A DNA stretch of 64,000 nucleotides from Chiloscyllium plagiosum (taxonomy: Eukaryota). The notes beneath the pieces are model-generated. The model was not told where the DNA came from, did no database searches, and was given only the letters and a program-made list of their open reading frames with translations. Position numbers and translations under genes: made by a program. Shown here piece by piece: positions 50,891 through 63,400 of the stretch. The stretch lies in assembly GCF_004010195.1 (NCBI RefSeq), contig NC_057752.1:826123-890122 (forward strand), in the 5' to 3' direction. Position 1 is the stretch's first letter. Every line of letters begins with the position of its first letter.

Positions 50891-52585
50891 AGAGAAAGCT
50901 GCAGTTGGAAATGCTAAGGACAGGGGCTTTCAGTGGCAAGTCTTGAATGTATAGTCTTTTCTGATCTAGTCGTTCATCAACTTATTTGGACATGTTATGA
51001 CACATCTCCACGACCATCATGTCCAGAGGTGTGACTTGAACCTGATCTTATGGTCTAGAGGTAGGGACGTTACTACTGAGTCAGCATCCTCGAATACCAG
51101 AATGTTCTTTTAACTAACCTCGATATGTTATGGCACACTTCCAGGGCAGGTGGGACTCGAACCGAGCTCCCCTCATACCGTATATGATAAATTTCATTCC
51201 CTGTCATATTCATCATATTTAACTCCATAATCCTCCAGTCCACCTCTTTTGCCCTTTGACCCACTATTCAACATATCTTGATTTCCTTTTCATTTGCTCA
51301 CTACTTCTACCCTCACCCCCCCCCCCCCCCCCCCGCACACCAAAAGTTTGTCAAGAAACTAGAGGAGTCTCCTGCCTATTTTCTCCTTCAATCCACTTCC
51401 CATCCCTACAACTCGATACATTTGTTCACAGTTGTATGATAAAAATCAGTTTGAACTGAAGAAAAAGTATTTACTTTTCCCTTTATGTATCTCTGTTTGC
51501 CCGTCCCTCGCCACGTCCGCCCTTACTGTTTCACTCTGACTTTTGTTTCAAAATTTTAACTTTAAAGCAACAACCTTAACTTCAGAAATCCATCTAATCC
51601 AATTTACTCCAGTATTAGCCAATGCAGCCGCTCTAATTTACTGTTTAAAACATGCAGGCTGAACATATATTCCACTATTATTTTTCCCAACAATTTTTAA
51701 TTTCAGTCTATTCAGCTTTGTTCTTGCCCCATTAAAGCCTGGCAGTTAATTATTTTTACTCTGGATTAATCGATGTCATATTCTACCATCACCTTCAACC
51801 TTATGGTTCAATGATTACCGCCCCCTTAATATTCACTCAATCAATACTTTTTCTTTTCTGTACGCAGACCTCTTAATCTACTTGGCCCACCTCATTTCCA
51901 AGAACCAGCTCTAGCATTGCCTTTTTTGTTTGACTGGACATAACTGCAGTAGAAAATTCTCCCAAACACATTTAGGAACATTTGTCCTTTGCTACCATTA
52001 TCCCAGACAATGTATTCAATTAAAATTCCCAATTATAACTGTGGTGTTTACACCTCTCTCAAATTTACTTGCAGATTTGCTTCTCCATATCCTTCCCACT
52101 AGGTCGTGGTCTGTATATCACAGAGCAAGGTAATTCCACCCTTCTTATTCCTTGGGTCTAGTCAAATTGATTCTGACCTTGAACTCTTTGAAACATCCAC
52201 ATTTTCCAAAACTGCAATGCTCTCAACCAAAAATGTCACCCTTCTCCTTTCCTCCTTCTTTACTTTTCTAAACACCCTGTAACCAGGAATATTTAATATC
52301 TGGATCTGCCCTTAAGCTAGGTCTTATTGCTGAAACATCATAATATCATTTGGCAATCTGTGTCTTAAGTTCATTGCATTCCAGAACTGCATGAAGAAGC
52401 TTTTCTTCCTCTCACTTTTGCTAGTTTGACCATTGCTTTCAATCTATGCGCTGTTGTTCTTGATCCTTACATGAAGGGGAACAGTTTCTTCCTATCCACT
52501 CTGTCCAGATTCCTCATGATTTTGAATACCTCTATCAAATCTCCTCTCATTCTTCTCCTTTGCAAGGAAAACAATCCCAAAATAT

Positions 52586-53010
52586 TGTTGGGCTTGTATA
52601 CCCTTGAGTTTCGAAGACTGAGAGGGGATCTGATTGAGACGTATAAGATTATGAAAGGATTGGACACTCTGGCAGTAGGAAACATATTTCCACTGATGGG
52701 TGAGTGCCGAACCAGAGGACACAGCTTAAAAATACGGGGTAGACCATTTAGGACAGAGCTCAGGAGAAACTTCTTCACCCAGAGAGTGGTGGCTGTGTGG
52801 AATGCTCTGCCCCAGAGGGCAGTGGAGGCCCACTCACTGGATTCATTTAAGACGGAGTTGGATAGAGCTCTCAAAGATAGTGGAATCAAGGGTTATGGAG
52901 ATAAGGCAGGAACAGGATACTGATTAGGAATGATCAGCCATGATTATATTGAATGGCGGTGCAGGCTCGAAGGGCTGAATGGCCTACTCCTGCATCTATT
53001 GTCTATTGTC
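52586..53010 (+). mobile_element. Young HER1/CR1 LINE 3' fragment inserted in an antisense CR1 fragment
   Basis: Open LGLYTLEFRRLRGDLIETYKIMKG...RTRGHSLKIRGRPFRTELRRNFFTQRVVAVWNALP and a (CTATTGT)n tail. A closely similar copy lies at 58905-59245 (-). Confidence 0.9.
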
Positions 53011-53104
53011 ATAATATCAAATCTATTTTCACATAACTAACAAACTCCTCATACGTGGAAGTATTCTCTTGAATCTTTTCTGCAATTTCTCCAAAGCCTT
53101 CATT

Positions 53105-54105
53105 CTGCTCAACTCTTTGCTGGTTGGAGTCATACCTGGCACATCAGAATATGGTCGTGGTTGTTGAAGATCAATTTTCTCAATCCTAGGACATCTCTGC
53201 GGGAATTTCTCAAGGGAGTGTCCTAGACCCAACCATCTTCAGCTGCTTCATCAATGACCTTCCCTCCATCATAAGGTCAGAAGTGGGGATGTTTGCCGAT
53301 GAATGCACAATGTTCAGCACCATTCACGACTCAAATACTAAAGCAGTCCATATCCAAATGCAATAAAACCTGGACAATATCCAGGCTTGGGCTGACAAGT
53401 GGGCAAGTAACATTCATGCCACACAAATGACCATCTCCAACAAGAAAGAATCTAATCATTGACCTTTGATATTTGATGGTATTACCATCACTGCTTCCCT
53501 CACTATCAATAACCTGGGGGTTAAAATTGACCAGAAACTGATATGGACTTGCTAATGTATTATAAGTACATTAACTACAAGAACACGTCAGATGCTTGAA
53601 ATACTGTGGCAAGTAACTCACCTCCTGACTCCCCACAGCCTGTTCACCATCTACAAGGCACAAATCAGGAGTGTGATGGAATATTTGTCACTTGCCTGGA
53701 TGGGTGCAGCTCCAATAACACTCAAGAAGCTTGACCCTTCCAGGACAAAGCAGCCCACTTGATTGGAACCACATTCGCAAACAATCAGTCACTCCACCCT
53801 TGTTCAGCAGCAGCAGTGTGTACCATCTACAAGGCGCACTGCAGAAATTTGCCAAAGATCCTCAGACAGCACCTTCCAAACTCAACTACTTCCATCAGGA
53901 CAAGGGCAGAAGATACTTGGGACACCGCCTCCTGTAAGTGCCCTCCAAGCCACTTACTATCCTGAGGGCATTATGAGTCGACCTTCAGCACATGGACCGC
54001 AGTGGTTCATGAAGGCAGCTCACCACCATCTTCTTAAGGGGCAACTAGGACAAGCATTATATGCTGGCCCAGCCAGTGATGACCATGTCATATGAACGAA
54101 CAATA
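53105..54105 (+). mobile_element. Decayed non-LTR retrotransposon 3' part (RT domain; clade uncertain)
   Basis: GISQGSVLDPTIFSCFINDLPSIIRSEVGMFADECTMF at ~53200-53315. The same family's 3' end occurs at 55740-56235 (-) and 16482-16585. Confidence 0.75.
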
Positions 54106-56535
54106 AAAATAAGGCCCAAGATATGTTATGCTTTACAAACTGTTCTCTCAATATGTTCAGTCACCTTCAATATTTTTTTAAAATTTAACCTATTTTTCTA
54201 ATCAACCTGTTCAGATATGTTATTACGCACCTCTAGAGCAGCTGTCTGGAATGTTACCTCACTACTTAAATAAGGCAACATTGTAAATGCAACTATGTGT
54301 ACCAGTGTGTGCCAGTAACTTGGTTTTAAATCTGCAAATATATACTAACACCATTTCCTTGGTTTAAAGCAGTATCCTTTCCCATATTTAGTACATAATC
54401 AAGAAACAAAAGTGTTCTTTACAATTTGCCTTGAGAGAATTTTGGAATTCCTTTTCATAGTCTTTTTTCTCATACTCCCTCTTTGCTTTTCCTGTGTTTT
54501 CTCTCACCTTCCCTTTGAAAATTCTGTATTCAGCCTGATGCTCAATTATATTTTCTACCTGACATCTATCATAAGCAGACTTTTCTTCTTTATCTTAGCT
54601 TCTGTCTTTTTTGTATCCTGGGAACTCTGGCTTTGTTTGCCCTACCTTTACCTCAAGTGAATATATCTTTGATTGTGCCTGAACCATCTCTTCTCTGAAG
54701 GTATCCCATTCTTCAATGATCACTTTTTTAACAAACCTTTGACTCAAATTTACTCAGCCCAGATCCATTGTTCCCCCAATAAATTATTTTTGCTCCAGGT
54801 TGCTCTTTGAGCTTTTCCACAGCCATCCAGAATCTTCTTATACAATGATCATTGTTCTCTCAATGTTCACCCATTGACACTTGATCTACTTGACCACATT
54901 CCCAAGAAGCAGGTCTAGCAGGGTCTCCTTTCTCATTGAACTGGACACTTAATGCTATAGAAAATTCTGCTGAGCATACTTTAGAAACACTTGCCCCTTT
55001 CCGCCCTTTACTACTATCCCAGTCTATATTCAGATAATTAATGTGTCCCATTATAGCTTTTGCATCTCTCTAATTTCTTTACATATGTGTTCCTGTATAT
55101 CATCCCCGCTAATTGGTAACCTATAATCTACATTGAGCAATGTAATTGCACATATTTTTATGTACCTTAGCTCCAGCCCTTGAATCCTCTGAGACATATT
55201 CTTCCTCCAGCACTGCAATGCTCTCCTTGCTCAACACCACCACCCTTCCCCATTTTTCCTTTTCCTACATTTCTAAGCACCTGGTATCCAGGAATGTTCA
55301 ACACCAGTTTTTGCCCTTCAAACCAGATTTCCATATGCAGTTTAATCCCTTGAGCCTGTTCTGCCATTCAAATAGGTTTTGACTGATGTTTCTCAACCCT
55401 GCTTACCCATATTTGATCTGTTTCCTTTCATATCCTTCCAGGTCTACAATCTAAATACCTTAATCTCCAAAGCTCACACAGGATATGAGTCTGAAAATCT
55501 ATTGACTTGTTCCAACAGTTTTGAACAACTTGTAATGGCCCAGAATATGAAACTTTGTTTTGTCAGTAGTCAGCTAAACTGCTAAGCAGAATGCCACTGG
55601 TCCTACACTTGAAAGGCACTAGTCTGTTTGTGCCACAGGAACAATTCATGCATGCACGTGCAATGCCCCTCATTTATCTGATCCTATTGTGTATGTTTAT
55701 TACAGCTTTCAGAAATGAAGGGCTAAGCCTTTGGGTTCTTAAAAAAAATTCATTGACGTGATGTAGGTGTCACTGGCTAGGCCAACATTTTTTTCCCCAT
55801 CCCTAGCTGCCCATAAGATGATGGTTCTGGTGAGCTGTTGTCTTGAACTGTTGCAGTCTTGTGTGATATAAGGACACCCAAAATGCTGTTCGGAAGCAAC
55901 TTCCAGGATTTTGACCCAGCAATGGTGAAGGAATATCCAAGTCAGGGTGGTGAGTGGCTCAGAGAGGAGCTTGCAGGGAGTGGTGTTTCCACGTATCTGC
56001 TGCCTTTGTCCTTCTAGATGGTAGTGGTTGTGCGCTTAGAAAGTGCCGACTCAGGAACCTTGCTGAATTTCTGAAGTGCGTCTTGAAGATGGTACACACT
56101 GCTGCTACAGTGTGCCAGTGGTGGAGGGAGTGAGTGAATGTTTGTTGATATGGTGGTAATCCCACAGGTTGCTTTGTTCTAGGTGGTGTTAAACCTGAAG
56201 CGTTGTTGGAGCTGCACCTATCCAGCAACTGCAACTTAAAATTCTGATGCATCCTTGGAGATGAAGCTTGTTTTCTGCTGTAACCTAAAGCCTTTCAAAA
56301 CATAGACTTATGCTGCTGCAGCAACGCCAGGGCATTGCAGCTCACCAGTCTCTTTGATTTCCTTTACAATGCTCTGTTCCCTTAGATGGGGGGGGTCCAT
56401 GATTGTAGTTTGTTTATGGTGTGCACAAGGGCAGTGTCTCTCTCAAGCTTTATGTGCTACTGTGAACTAAGGTTATTTACCCTTCAGCATTTTCTCTGTT
56501 CTTTTCATTCGGTTTTCTTTTTTTTTCAGAAAGTG

Positions 56536-56632
56536 ATGTCATCATTGAATAATTCTTGGTCCTCATCTCAGGATGAAACTGAAAGTTCCAAGCTTCTCAG
56601 AAAGTCGAAGGAGTCACCGTTCATTCCATTTG
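56536..56632 (+). CDS. HIGD1C: HIG1 domain family member, first coding exon (MSSLNNSWSSSQDETESSKLLRKSKESPFIPF-G)
   Basis: Long polypyrimidine acceptor ending cag at 56529, ATG at 56536, TTG|gtatga donor in phase 1. SKLLRKSKESPFIP matches the HIG1 motif (recalled HIGD1C SRLIRKSRDSPFVP). Confidence 0.82.
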
Positions 56633-56707
56633 GTATGAATCTCTCTGAGGCATAAAACAGTACCATCTATTACAGTGGTGTCTCAGTATCAGCTCTTTCA
56701 CATGTAC

Positions 56708-57663
56708 AGGGTGTAGGTTTGCTCGCTGAGCTGGAAGGTTCATTTCCAGATGTTTTGTCACCCTACTAGGTAACATCCTCAGTGGGCCTCCGGGCGAAGC
56801 ACTGCTGCTGATTCCTGCTTTCTATTTATATGTTTGGGTTTCTTTGGGTTGGTGATGTCATTTCCTGTGGTGATGCCATTTCCTGTTCTTTTTCTCAGGG
56901 GGTGGTAAATGGGATCCAAGTCAATGTGTTTGTTGGTGGCATTCCAACCAGAACTCTATGCTTCTAGGAATTCTCGTGCGTGTCTCTGTTTGGCTTGTCC
57001 TAGGATGGATGTGTTGTTCCAGTTGAAGTGGTGTCCTTCCTTATCTGTATGTAAGGATACTAGTGAGAGGGTCATGTCGTTTTGTGGCTAGTTGATGTTC
57101 ATGTATCCTGGTGGCTAATTTTCTGCCTGTTTGTCCAATGTAGTGTTTGTTACAGTCCTTGCATGGTATTTTGTAAATGACATTAGTTTTGCTTGTTGTC
57201 TGTGTAGGGTCTTTCAAGTTCATGAGCTGCTGTTTTAGTGTGTTGGTGGGTTTGTGGGTTACCATGATGCCAAGGGATCTGAGTAGTCTGGCAGTCATTT
57301 CCAAGATGCCTTTGTAGGGGAGAGTGGCTAGGGTTTCTGGACGTGTTTTGTCTACTTGTTTAGATTTGTTGCTGAGATATCGGCGGACTGTGTTCATTGG
57401 GTACCCATTCTTTTTGAATACACGGTATAGGTGATTTTCCTCTGCTCTGTGTAGTTCCTCTATGCTGCAGTGTGTGGTGGCTTGTTGAAATAATGTTCTG
57501 ATGCAGCTTCATTTGTGGATGTTGGGATGATTGCTTCACCTGGAGGCCCACTGAAGATGTTACCTAGTCGGGTGACGAAATGTCTGGAAATGAACCTTCC
57601 AGCTCAGCAAGCAAACCTACATCCAGAACCTCAACCTGAGCTACAAATCTTCTCAAAACTCGC
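56708..57663. mobile_element. Penelope-like element (family A), GIY-YIG on minus strand, inverted terminal repeats
   Basis: Minus ORF 57041-57397 contains NVIYKIPCKDCNKHYIGQTGRKLATRIHEH. Hammerhead-like motifs at 56746-56785 (-) and 57548-57587 (+). Confidence 0.9.
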
Positions 57664-58255
57664 TTTACGTATACAGTATGCAGTCGGTAACAGGGAATGA
57701 TTCACTCCCAACTGGTACAGTATGGTCTCTGTGTGTGCTAGTATTATGTCCTGTACGAACACGGGTCGACCCGCTCAATTAACTAGACGGCTGTTTTGTG
57801 ATGCCGAGTAACGCAAACACCGGTTGTTCAATTTCTGCACTGGCTGAGGTTGCCATGAAGGACTCTCCTCCTCAACCTCACCCCTTGCCTGAGGTGTCAT
57901 GACCTTCAGGCTAAAACGCCACCAGTTATGGACTATGGCAGATTTACCTTTTATATGTACACGACACTGTGGGTAAAAGAGAATGATTCACTCCCGTCTG
58001 GTACAGTACATGCAGGGTGTGTCTCAGTTTCAGCTACTGTACATGTACGCTATACTGTGAATAGAAGGGTATGATTTACTCCTGTCTGGTACCATATGAT
58101 GTGTCTGTGTTAGTTCCTGTAGATATAGAGTACTCAGGTAAACAGGATGGAATCATTTCGCCTGGTACAGTATGTGTCTCTGTCTCAGCTCCTGCACATG
58201 TACAGTACACAGTGGAGAAAAGAGAGCGGTTCATTCTCACCGGGTGCTGTAGTCA
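57664..58255. repeat. Degenerate ~75-90 bp tandem repeat interrupted by a SINE
   Basis: Recurring GATTCACTCCC(G/A)..TGGTACAGTA...GTCTCAG..CCTGTACATGTAC units at ~57699, 57986, 58073 and 58153. Similar sequence lies at ~56660-56708. Confidence 0.6.
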
Positions 58256-58904
58256 CTAATTGCTTGTGTCAGTGGCTATATGTGCATGATGTGCAGAAAA
58301 GATTTATGAGGGATTATTATGTTGAGTTTAAAGAGAAAGTGCAACTGGTAGGCAGAAGCCTCCATGTCTTTCTCCACAGTAAATGCTGACGCAAAATATT
58401 CACTTAGAATCTCATCCATCTCCTGTGGTTCCACACATAGATGGCCTTGTTGATCTTTAAAGGGCACTATTCTCTCCCTTGTTGCTGTTTTGCTCTTAAT
58501 GTACTTTTTCTTTAGAATATTTGCAGTTCTCCAGCTCTCTGGCTTACCTGAGTGTCTATTGGAAAATTGTGGCTATAATGTCTGTAGCTTCTACCCCTTA
58601 ACAAGCTAGGATCCCTTCCATCCAGACTGGGTAACTTATCACCTTTAACTACAATCAGCCTTTCTGGTACCACCTCTTCATCTATTTTTATCCTATCTGG
58701 TATCTCAGCACCCTCCTCTTCCTTGGTAAACACTGATATAATGTACTTGGGCATCAGTAGATTTCCATTTTAGACCCTATTCAGCCCCAGCACTCCCCTG
58801 AAAACCTTTTAAGGTGCCTTTGGATTATCTTTCTATCAGCTGCTGTTTTGTGCTGTCTCTTTGTCCCTCTCACTTGCTTTTATATTTCTGAATAGTTGTG
58901 TTCA

Positions 58905-59245
58905 ATAGACAATAAGTGCAGGAGTAGGCCATTCTGCCCTTCGAGCCTGCACCGCCATTCAATATGATCATGGCTGATCATCCTTAATTAGTATCCTGTT
59001 CTTGCCTTATCTCCATAACCCTTGATTCCACTATCCTTGAGAGCTCTATCCAACTCTTTCTTAAATGAATCCAGAGACTGGGCCTCCACTGCCCTCTGGG
59101 GCAGAGCATTCCACACAGCCTCCACTCACTGGGTAAAGAAGTTTCTCCTCATCTCTGTCCTAAATGGTCTACCCCGTATTTTTAAGCTGTGTCCTCTGGA
59201 TCAGCACTCACCCATCAGCGGAAACATGTTTCCTGCCTTCAGAGT
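58905..59245 (-). mobile_element. Young HER1/CR1 LINE 3' fragment
   Basis: Reverse complement closely matches 52670-53010. Confidence 0.9.
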
Positions 59246-59767
59246 TCCAATTCAGCTTGATTCCTCCTTCTATTATCAAACAAATATTGGTCATATGTCC
59301 TTTTTTTCCCCCTGCCTCATCCTTCTGTAACTCCATCATCCAGGGAGCTCGGGCTCTGTTTGTCCACCTATTTTGAATCTGAATCATCGCTTCTTTAAAG
59401 CTTCCCCATTACCTGATTACAGGATTGTTTGGCTGTCGTTGGTTCCAAATTTACCCAGGCTACATCCTTCCTCAATTCATTAAAATTAGTTTTGCTCTCA
59501 TTCAGTATTATTTTATTTCTAGATTGCCTTCCTCATAACTATTCCAAGCTGATGACATTTGTGATCACAATTCCAGGGGAGCTGCACAATTGTGTCATTC
59601 TGCTCTTGAGCCAGTTCATTCCTGAAGATCAGATCATCAAATAGAAAACTCACTGATCCTGAACATTCTCCTGAATATGTTTAGAATTCTCCCTAAGCAC
59701 TATATTCAATATTGGGTAGTTAAAGTTTTGTATTATCTATACTTTTCTATACTTTATTATTATAAAA

Positions 59768-60000
59768 GGCATTAGTTTAGCTCAGTTGGCTGGATTGTTG
59801 ATTTACAGAGCGGTGTGACGCCAACAGTGTGGGTTCAATTCCCATCACGAGTTTGAGGTTACCATGAAGGACCCTCCTTCTCAAACTGTTCCCTTGCCTG
59901 AGGTCTGGTGGCCCTCAGGTTAAATTACCACCAGTTGCTTCTCTCTAATGAGAGAGCAGCCCCTATGCTCTGGTAAGACTATGGCGACACAACAACAACT
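59768..60000 (+). mobile_element. tRNA-derived SINE distinct from HE1 (second copy at ~57762-57950)
   Basis: A box TAGCTCAGTTGG and B box GGTTCAATTCCC. Both copies share the body TGAGGTT.CCATGAAGGAC...CCCTTGCCTGAGGT...CACCAGTT...GACTATGGC. (CAA)n tail. Confidence 0.7.
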
Positions 60001-60034
60001 GTTCCACAAAGCAGACTTGTGAGCAAAGTTAGAG

Positions 60035-60351
60035 CTTAGCGAGTTTTAAGAAGATTTGTAGTTCAGGTTGAGGTTTTGGATGTAGGTTTGTTCACTGAGC
60101 TGCAAGGTTCATTTCCAGATGTTTTGTCACCCTATTAGGTAACATCTTCAGTGGGCCTCCGGGCGAAGCAAAGAACAGGAAATGACATCACTACTGGAAA
60201 TGATGTCACCAACCAAAGAAACCCAAAGATATAAATAGAAAGCAGAAATTATTAGCAGTGCTTCGCCAGAGGCTCACTGAAGATGTTACCTAGTAGGGTG
60301 ATGAAACGTCTGGAAATGAACCTTCCAGCTCAGCGAGCAAACCTACATCCA
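60035..60351. mobile_element. Non-coding palindromic Penelope-derived mini-element (two inverted family-A terminal repeats)
   Basis: Inverted arms, no ORF. 10-bp TSD AAAGTTAGAG at 60025-60034 and 60352-60361. Confidence 0.88.
60274..60313 (+). ncRNA. Best-preserved minimal hammerhead ribozyme motif
   Basis: TCA-CTGAAGA-T-GTTACC-TAGTAG-GGTGAT-GAAAC-GTC-TGG: full core, GUC triplet, palindromic ACGU in place of helix III. Confidence 0.78.
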
Positions 60352-60491
60352 AAAGTTAGAGGTCATACAATAAAGGGGACATCTGTAATGTGTATACAAA
60401 ATTGACTGACATAGTAACCACAGAGTAACATATAAAGGACATTTCTGGGGCTTGAGTCAGATTTGTTGTGGAGTTCTCTAGGGGTCACTAT

Positions 60492-60822
60492 TAGAATTTC
60501 TACAGTGTGGAAACAGGCCCTTCAGCCCAACAAGTCCACACCGCCCCTCCAAAGAGTATCCCATCCAGATCCATTACCCTACATTTCCCCTGACTAATGC
60601 ACCTGACCTATACATCCCTGAACATTGTGGACAATTTAGCATGGCCATTTCACCTAACCTGCACATCTTTGGACAGTGGGAGGAAACCAGAGCACCTGGA
60701 GGAAACCCACACAGATGCGGGGAGAATGTGCAAACTCCACACAGACAGTCACCCAAGGCCGGAATCGAACCCAGGTTTGTGGCGCTGTAAGGCAGCAGTG
60801 CTAACTGAGCCACTGTGCCACC
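60492..60822 (-). mobile_element. HE1-type SINE
   Basis: Reverse complement of the HE1 head (GGCAGCAGTGCTAACTGAGCCACTGTGCCACCC) and tail (CTACAGTGTGGAAACAGGCCC). Confidence 0.9.
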
Positions 60823-63347
60823 CCTTGAGATCCTTGCTTTTCCTGATACATATTAATGATCTGGACCTTGGTATACTGAGGACAATTTCAAAGTTTGCAG
60901 ATGATACAAAACTTAGAAGCATTGTAAACTATGAGTAGGACAGTGTAGAGCTCTGAAAGAAGATTGGCAGGTTGGTGTAGTGGGCAGATTGGTGGCAGTT
61001 GAATGCAGAGAAGTGAGAGTTGATTCATTTTAATATGTAGAACATGGAGAGGCAGTATAAAGTTAGGGGTACAATTCTAAAATGGGTGCAGGAACATAGT
61101 GACCTCGATGTATATGTTTATGTCATGAATGGTGGCAGGGCAGGACTAGAGTATGGTCAATAAAGCATGAAGTAATAAGAGCAAGGAGGTCATATTGAAC
61201 CTGTATAAGTCAGTAGTTAGATCTCAACTGGAGCACTGTGTACAGTTTCGGGCACTACGCTGATCACGTGAGTGCGCACTGAAGCGATTTACAAGAATGG
61301 TTCCAGGAATGACACATTTCAGTGAGGAGGATAGATTGAAGAAATTGGGACAGTTCTCCTTTGGAGAGGAGGTGGGTGGTGGTGGTGGTGGTGGTGGTTG
61401 GGGGGCGGGTGGAGGAGGAGGAGGAGGAGGAGGAGGTGGAGGCGTAGTAGATAGGGAGAAACTGTTCCTGTTTGCAAAATGATCGAGAATGAGAGTGCAC
61501 AGATTTCAGGTTATGTGAGAAACTTCACATGATGAGTGGTTTATGGATGCACTGCCTGGAGGTATGATAGAGGTAGATTCAATTGAGGCAAGAGAGCATT
61601 GGATGATTAAATAGAAACAACACTCAGAGGTATGGGGAAAATGCAGGAGGATGGTACTATGTCCGAATGTTACTTTAGAGAGCTGGGGCAAACAGGATGG
61701 GCCAAAAGGCTGCCTTCTGCACTATAATGTTTCTCTAGTTCGCTGGTTCATGCACCTCCCAGTAACTTCCTTGCATATTGTTCCTCAACTCCAACCAAAT
61801 AGATTTTGTCTTTTCTAACTCTGTTTCTAACATGGCAACAGTTTTCTTCATCCAGACTGTGATTCCATCTCCTTTTCTTTCTTCCATCTCTTGCCTGAAT
61901 ACTTTGCACCCAGGAATGGTGAGCATCCAACCCTTCCTTTTTGATTGAACCAGTTCTCCATTATCAGCACTGCATCATAGTCCCACATGGCAATTTGTAC
62001 TTGCAAATCACCAATATTCTTAACATGCACTCCAACTCTAACTTAGACCTCTTCATAATTTCACTGAACCATTTAATTCTGTATTATTTCTCACTTAGTC
62101 TCCAAGCCCTCTATTTCTATTGTGGAATATTATGACTTGGTGACTTAATCCCTTGATGAATTAGTTTGTTCTCACCTCTGTACCTGCATGTGAGAATATC
62201 GGTCCCAACTCTGTTCAGGTTCAACCTGTCCATATTGAACACATTCTTGCTGTCACAGACTGGTCTCCGGAATCTAAAGCTCTTTCTCCTTGGAGTATCA
62301 TGAGTTAGGTCTGACAATGTCATATGCAAATTGAAGCATACCAGTACATCATCACAAGAAGTGATGCAATGTCACATGGTCTTTCACTTGCAGCCTCATG
62401 ACAAGATGAAATCACAGTAAAGTATTTCTTAACTGAAGTTTGTGCTTTTGTTTTTGTATGGTTACCTCTAAATATTCTTTATTTAGGGAGGGGAGGAGGT
62501 GGGGGGGGGGGGGGGGGGGACATGGAGGGGTTCCACTCCTTGGCTGTTCCCTCTCCATTCCTAGCCAGTTTGTACAAACTGGCACTTCACCCAGTCTCCC
62601 TATCCCAAGGACAGAGGTTAATTGGAGCTCATTATGAATTCCCAGCCCTAGGATCTTGATACTGCACTGGGAATTGTCTTTTTTTCATAGAGTCAGTGTC
62701 AGAGCTCAGATACGGGAGAGTAGATCTGTAGAAATAGGATGTCAGTCTTTCAAGTAGACATGGGAGAACGTGAGTTGGTGGCTGGATGATTGGGCTCCCA
62801 AACAGTGTCCAGGTGTCTCATCTGCTTCAAACTAACTGTTCATTATTCACAATTACTGTGGCATAAAGCATCTTTAATTTTTACAGTTAATTCAGTTTAC
62901 GTCATTAAATTTAGTAGCATCCTCTTCCTTTTTTCCCTTTTCCAACTGATTTCAATTTCAGCATTGTTTGTAAAGCTGGGCATTTAGTGAACCCCTCCTG
63001 TCCTTTTCTCTGCTGATAGCTCAGATATTGGCTACCCTGACACTTTCCCCAAGGATCCATTTTTAATGTGAGATTTAACCATGTGGGCTTGCAAGCCCCA
63101 CCAGTGCTGTCTTGACTTTCCAAATTCCTGAACTGGTCTCTTTGATGATATCCCCCTTCCCAGTTCTTGTAAACTGAGGTCAATGGCAAGACTCCAATCA
63201 TTCCCCACCTGTGACCATCAAGTTCAGCAGAGATTGCGAGATGATAACTGGGATTGTAAGTTTGCAAACTGAGGCAGCAATGAGCTAAACTCCTAATGCG
63301 AAAGAACAGTGGTGACCCAGTAATGTTGAAATTTCAATCTTTTGCAG

Positions 63348-63400
63348 GTGTTGCCTATTCTATGTACAAGGATCACATCAGGAAACCTCGGCAAAAATAA
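63348..63400 (+). CDS. HIGD1C: HIG1 domain family member, last coding exon (GVAYSMYKDHIRKPRQK*)
   Basis: cttttgcag| acceptor, phase 1. YSMYKD matches the recalled HIGD1C C-terminus GVLYSMYKDYIRP. Stop TAA at 63398-63400. Confidence 0.8.

Larger units (their letters stand above)
60001..61730 (+). mobile_element. Decayed CR1-type LINE RT and 3' end with nested Penelope mini-element and HE1 SINE
   Basis: VPQSRLVSKVR, FLIHINDLDLGILRTISKFADDTKL, RMVPGMTHFSEEDRLKKLGQFS. Contains a (GGT)n/(GGA)n tract at ~61370-61443. Confidence 0.8.

Noticed and set aside
56695..57676. TSD around the 56.7-57.7 kb Penelope element
   Set aside because: Flank similarity (TTTCACATGTACAG versus TTTACGTATACAG) is weak and could come from the surrounding tandem repeat.
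61297..61482. Poly-glycine ORF
   Set aside because: It is a (GGT)n/(GGA)n microsatellite inside a decayed CR1.
62691..62769. AG/GT-bounded segment as the missing HIGD1 middle exon
   Set aside because: It is 79 nt, has stops in all three frames and shows no HIG1 similarity.
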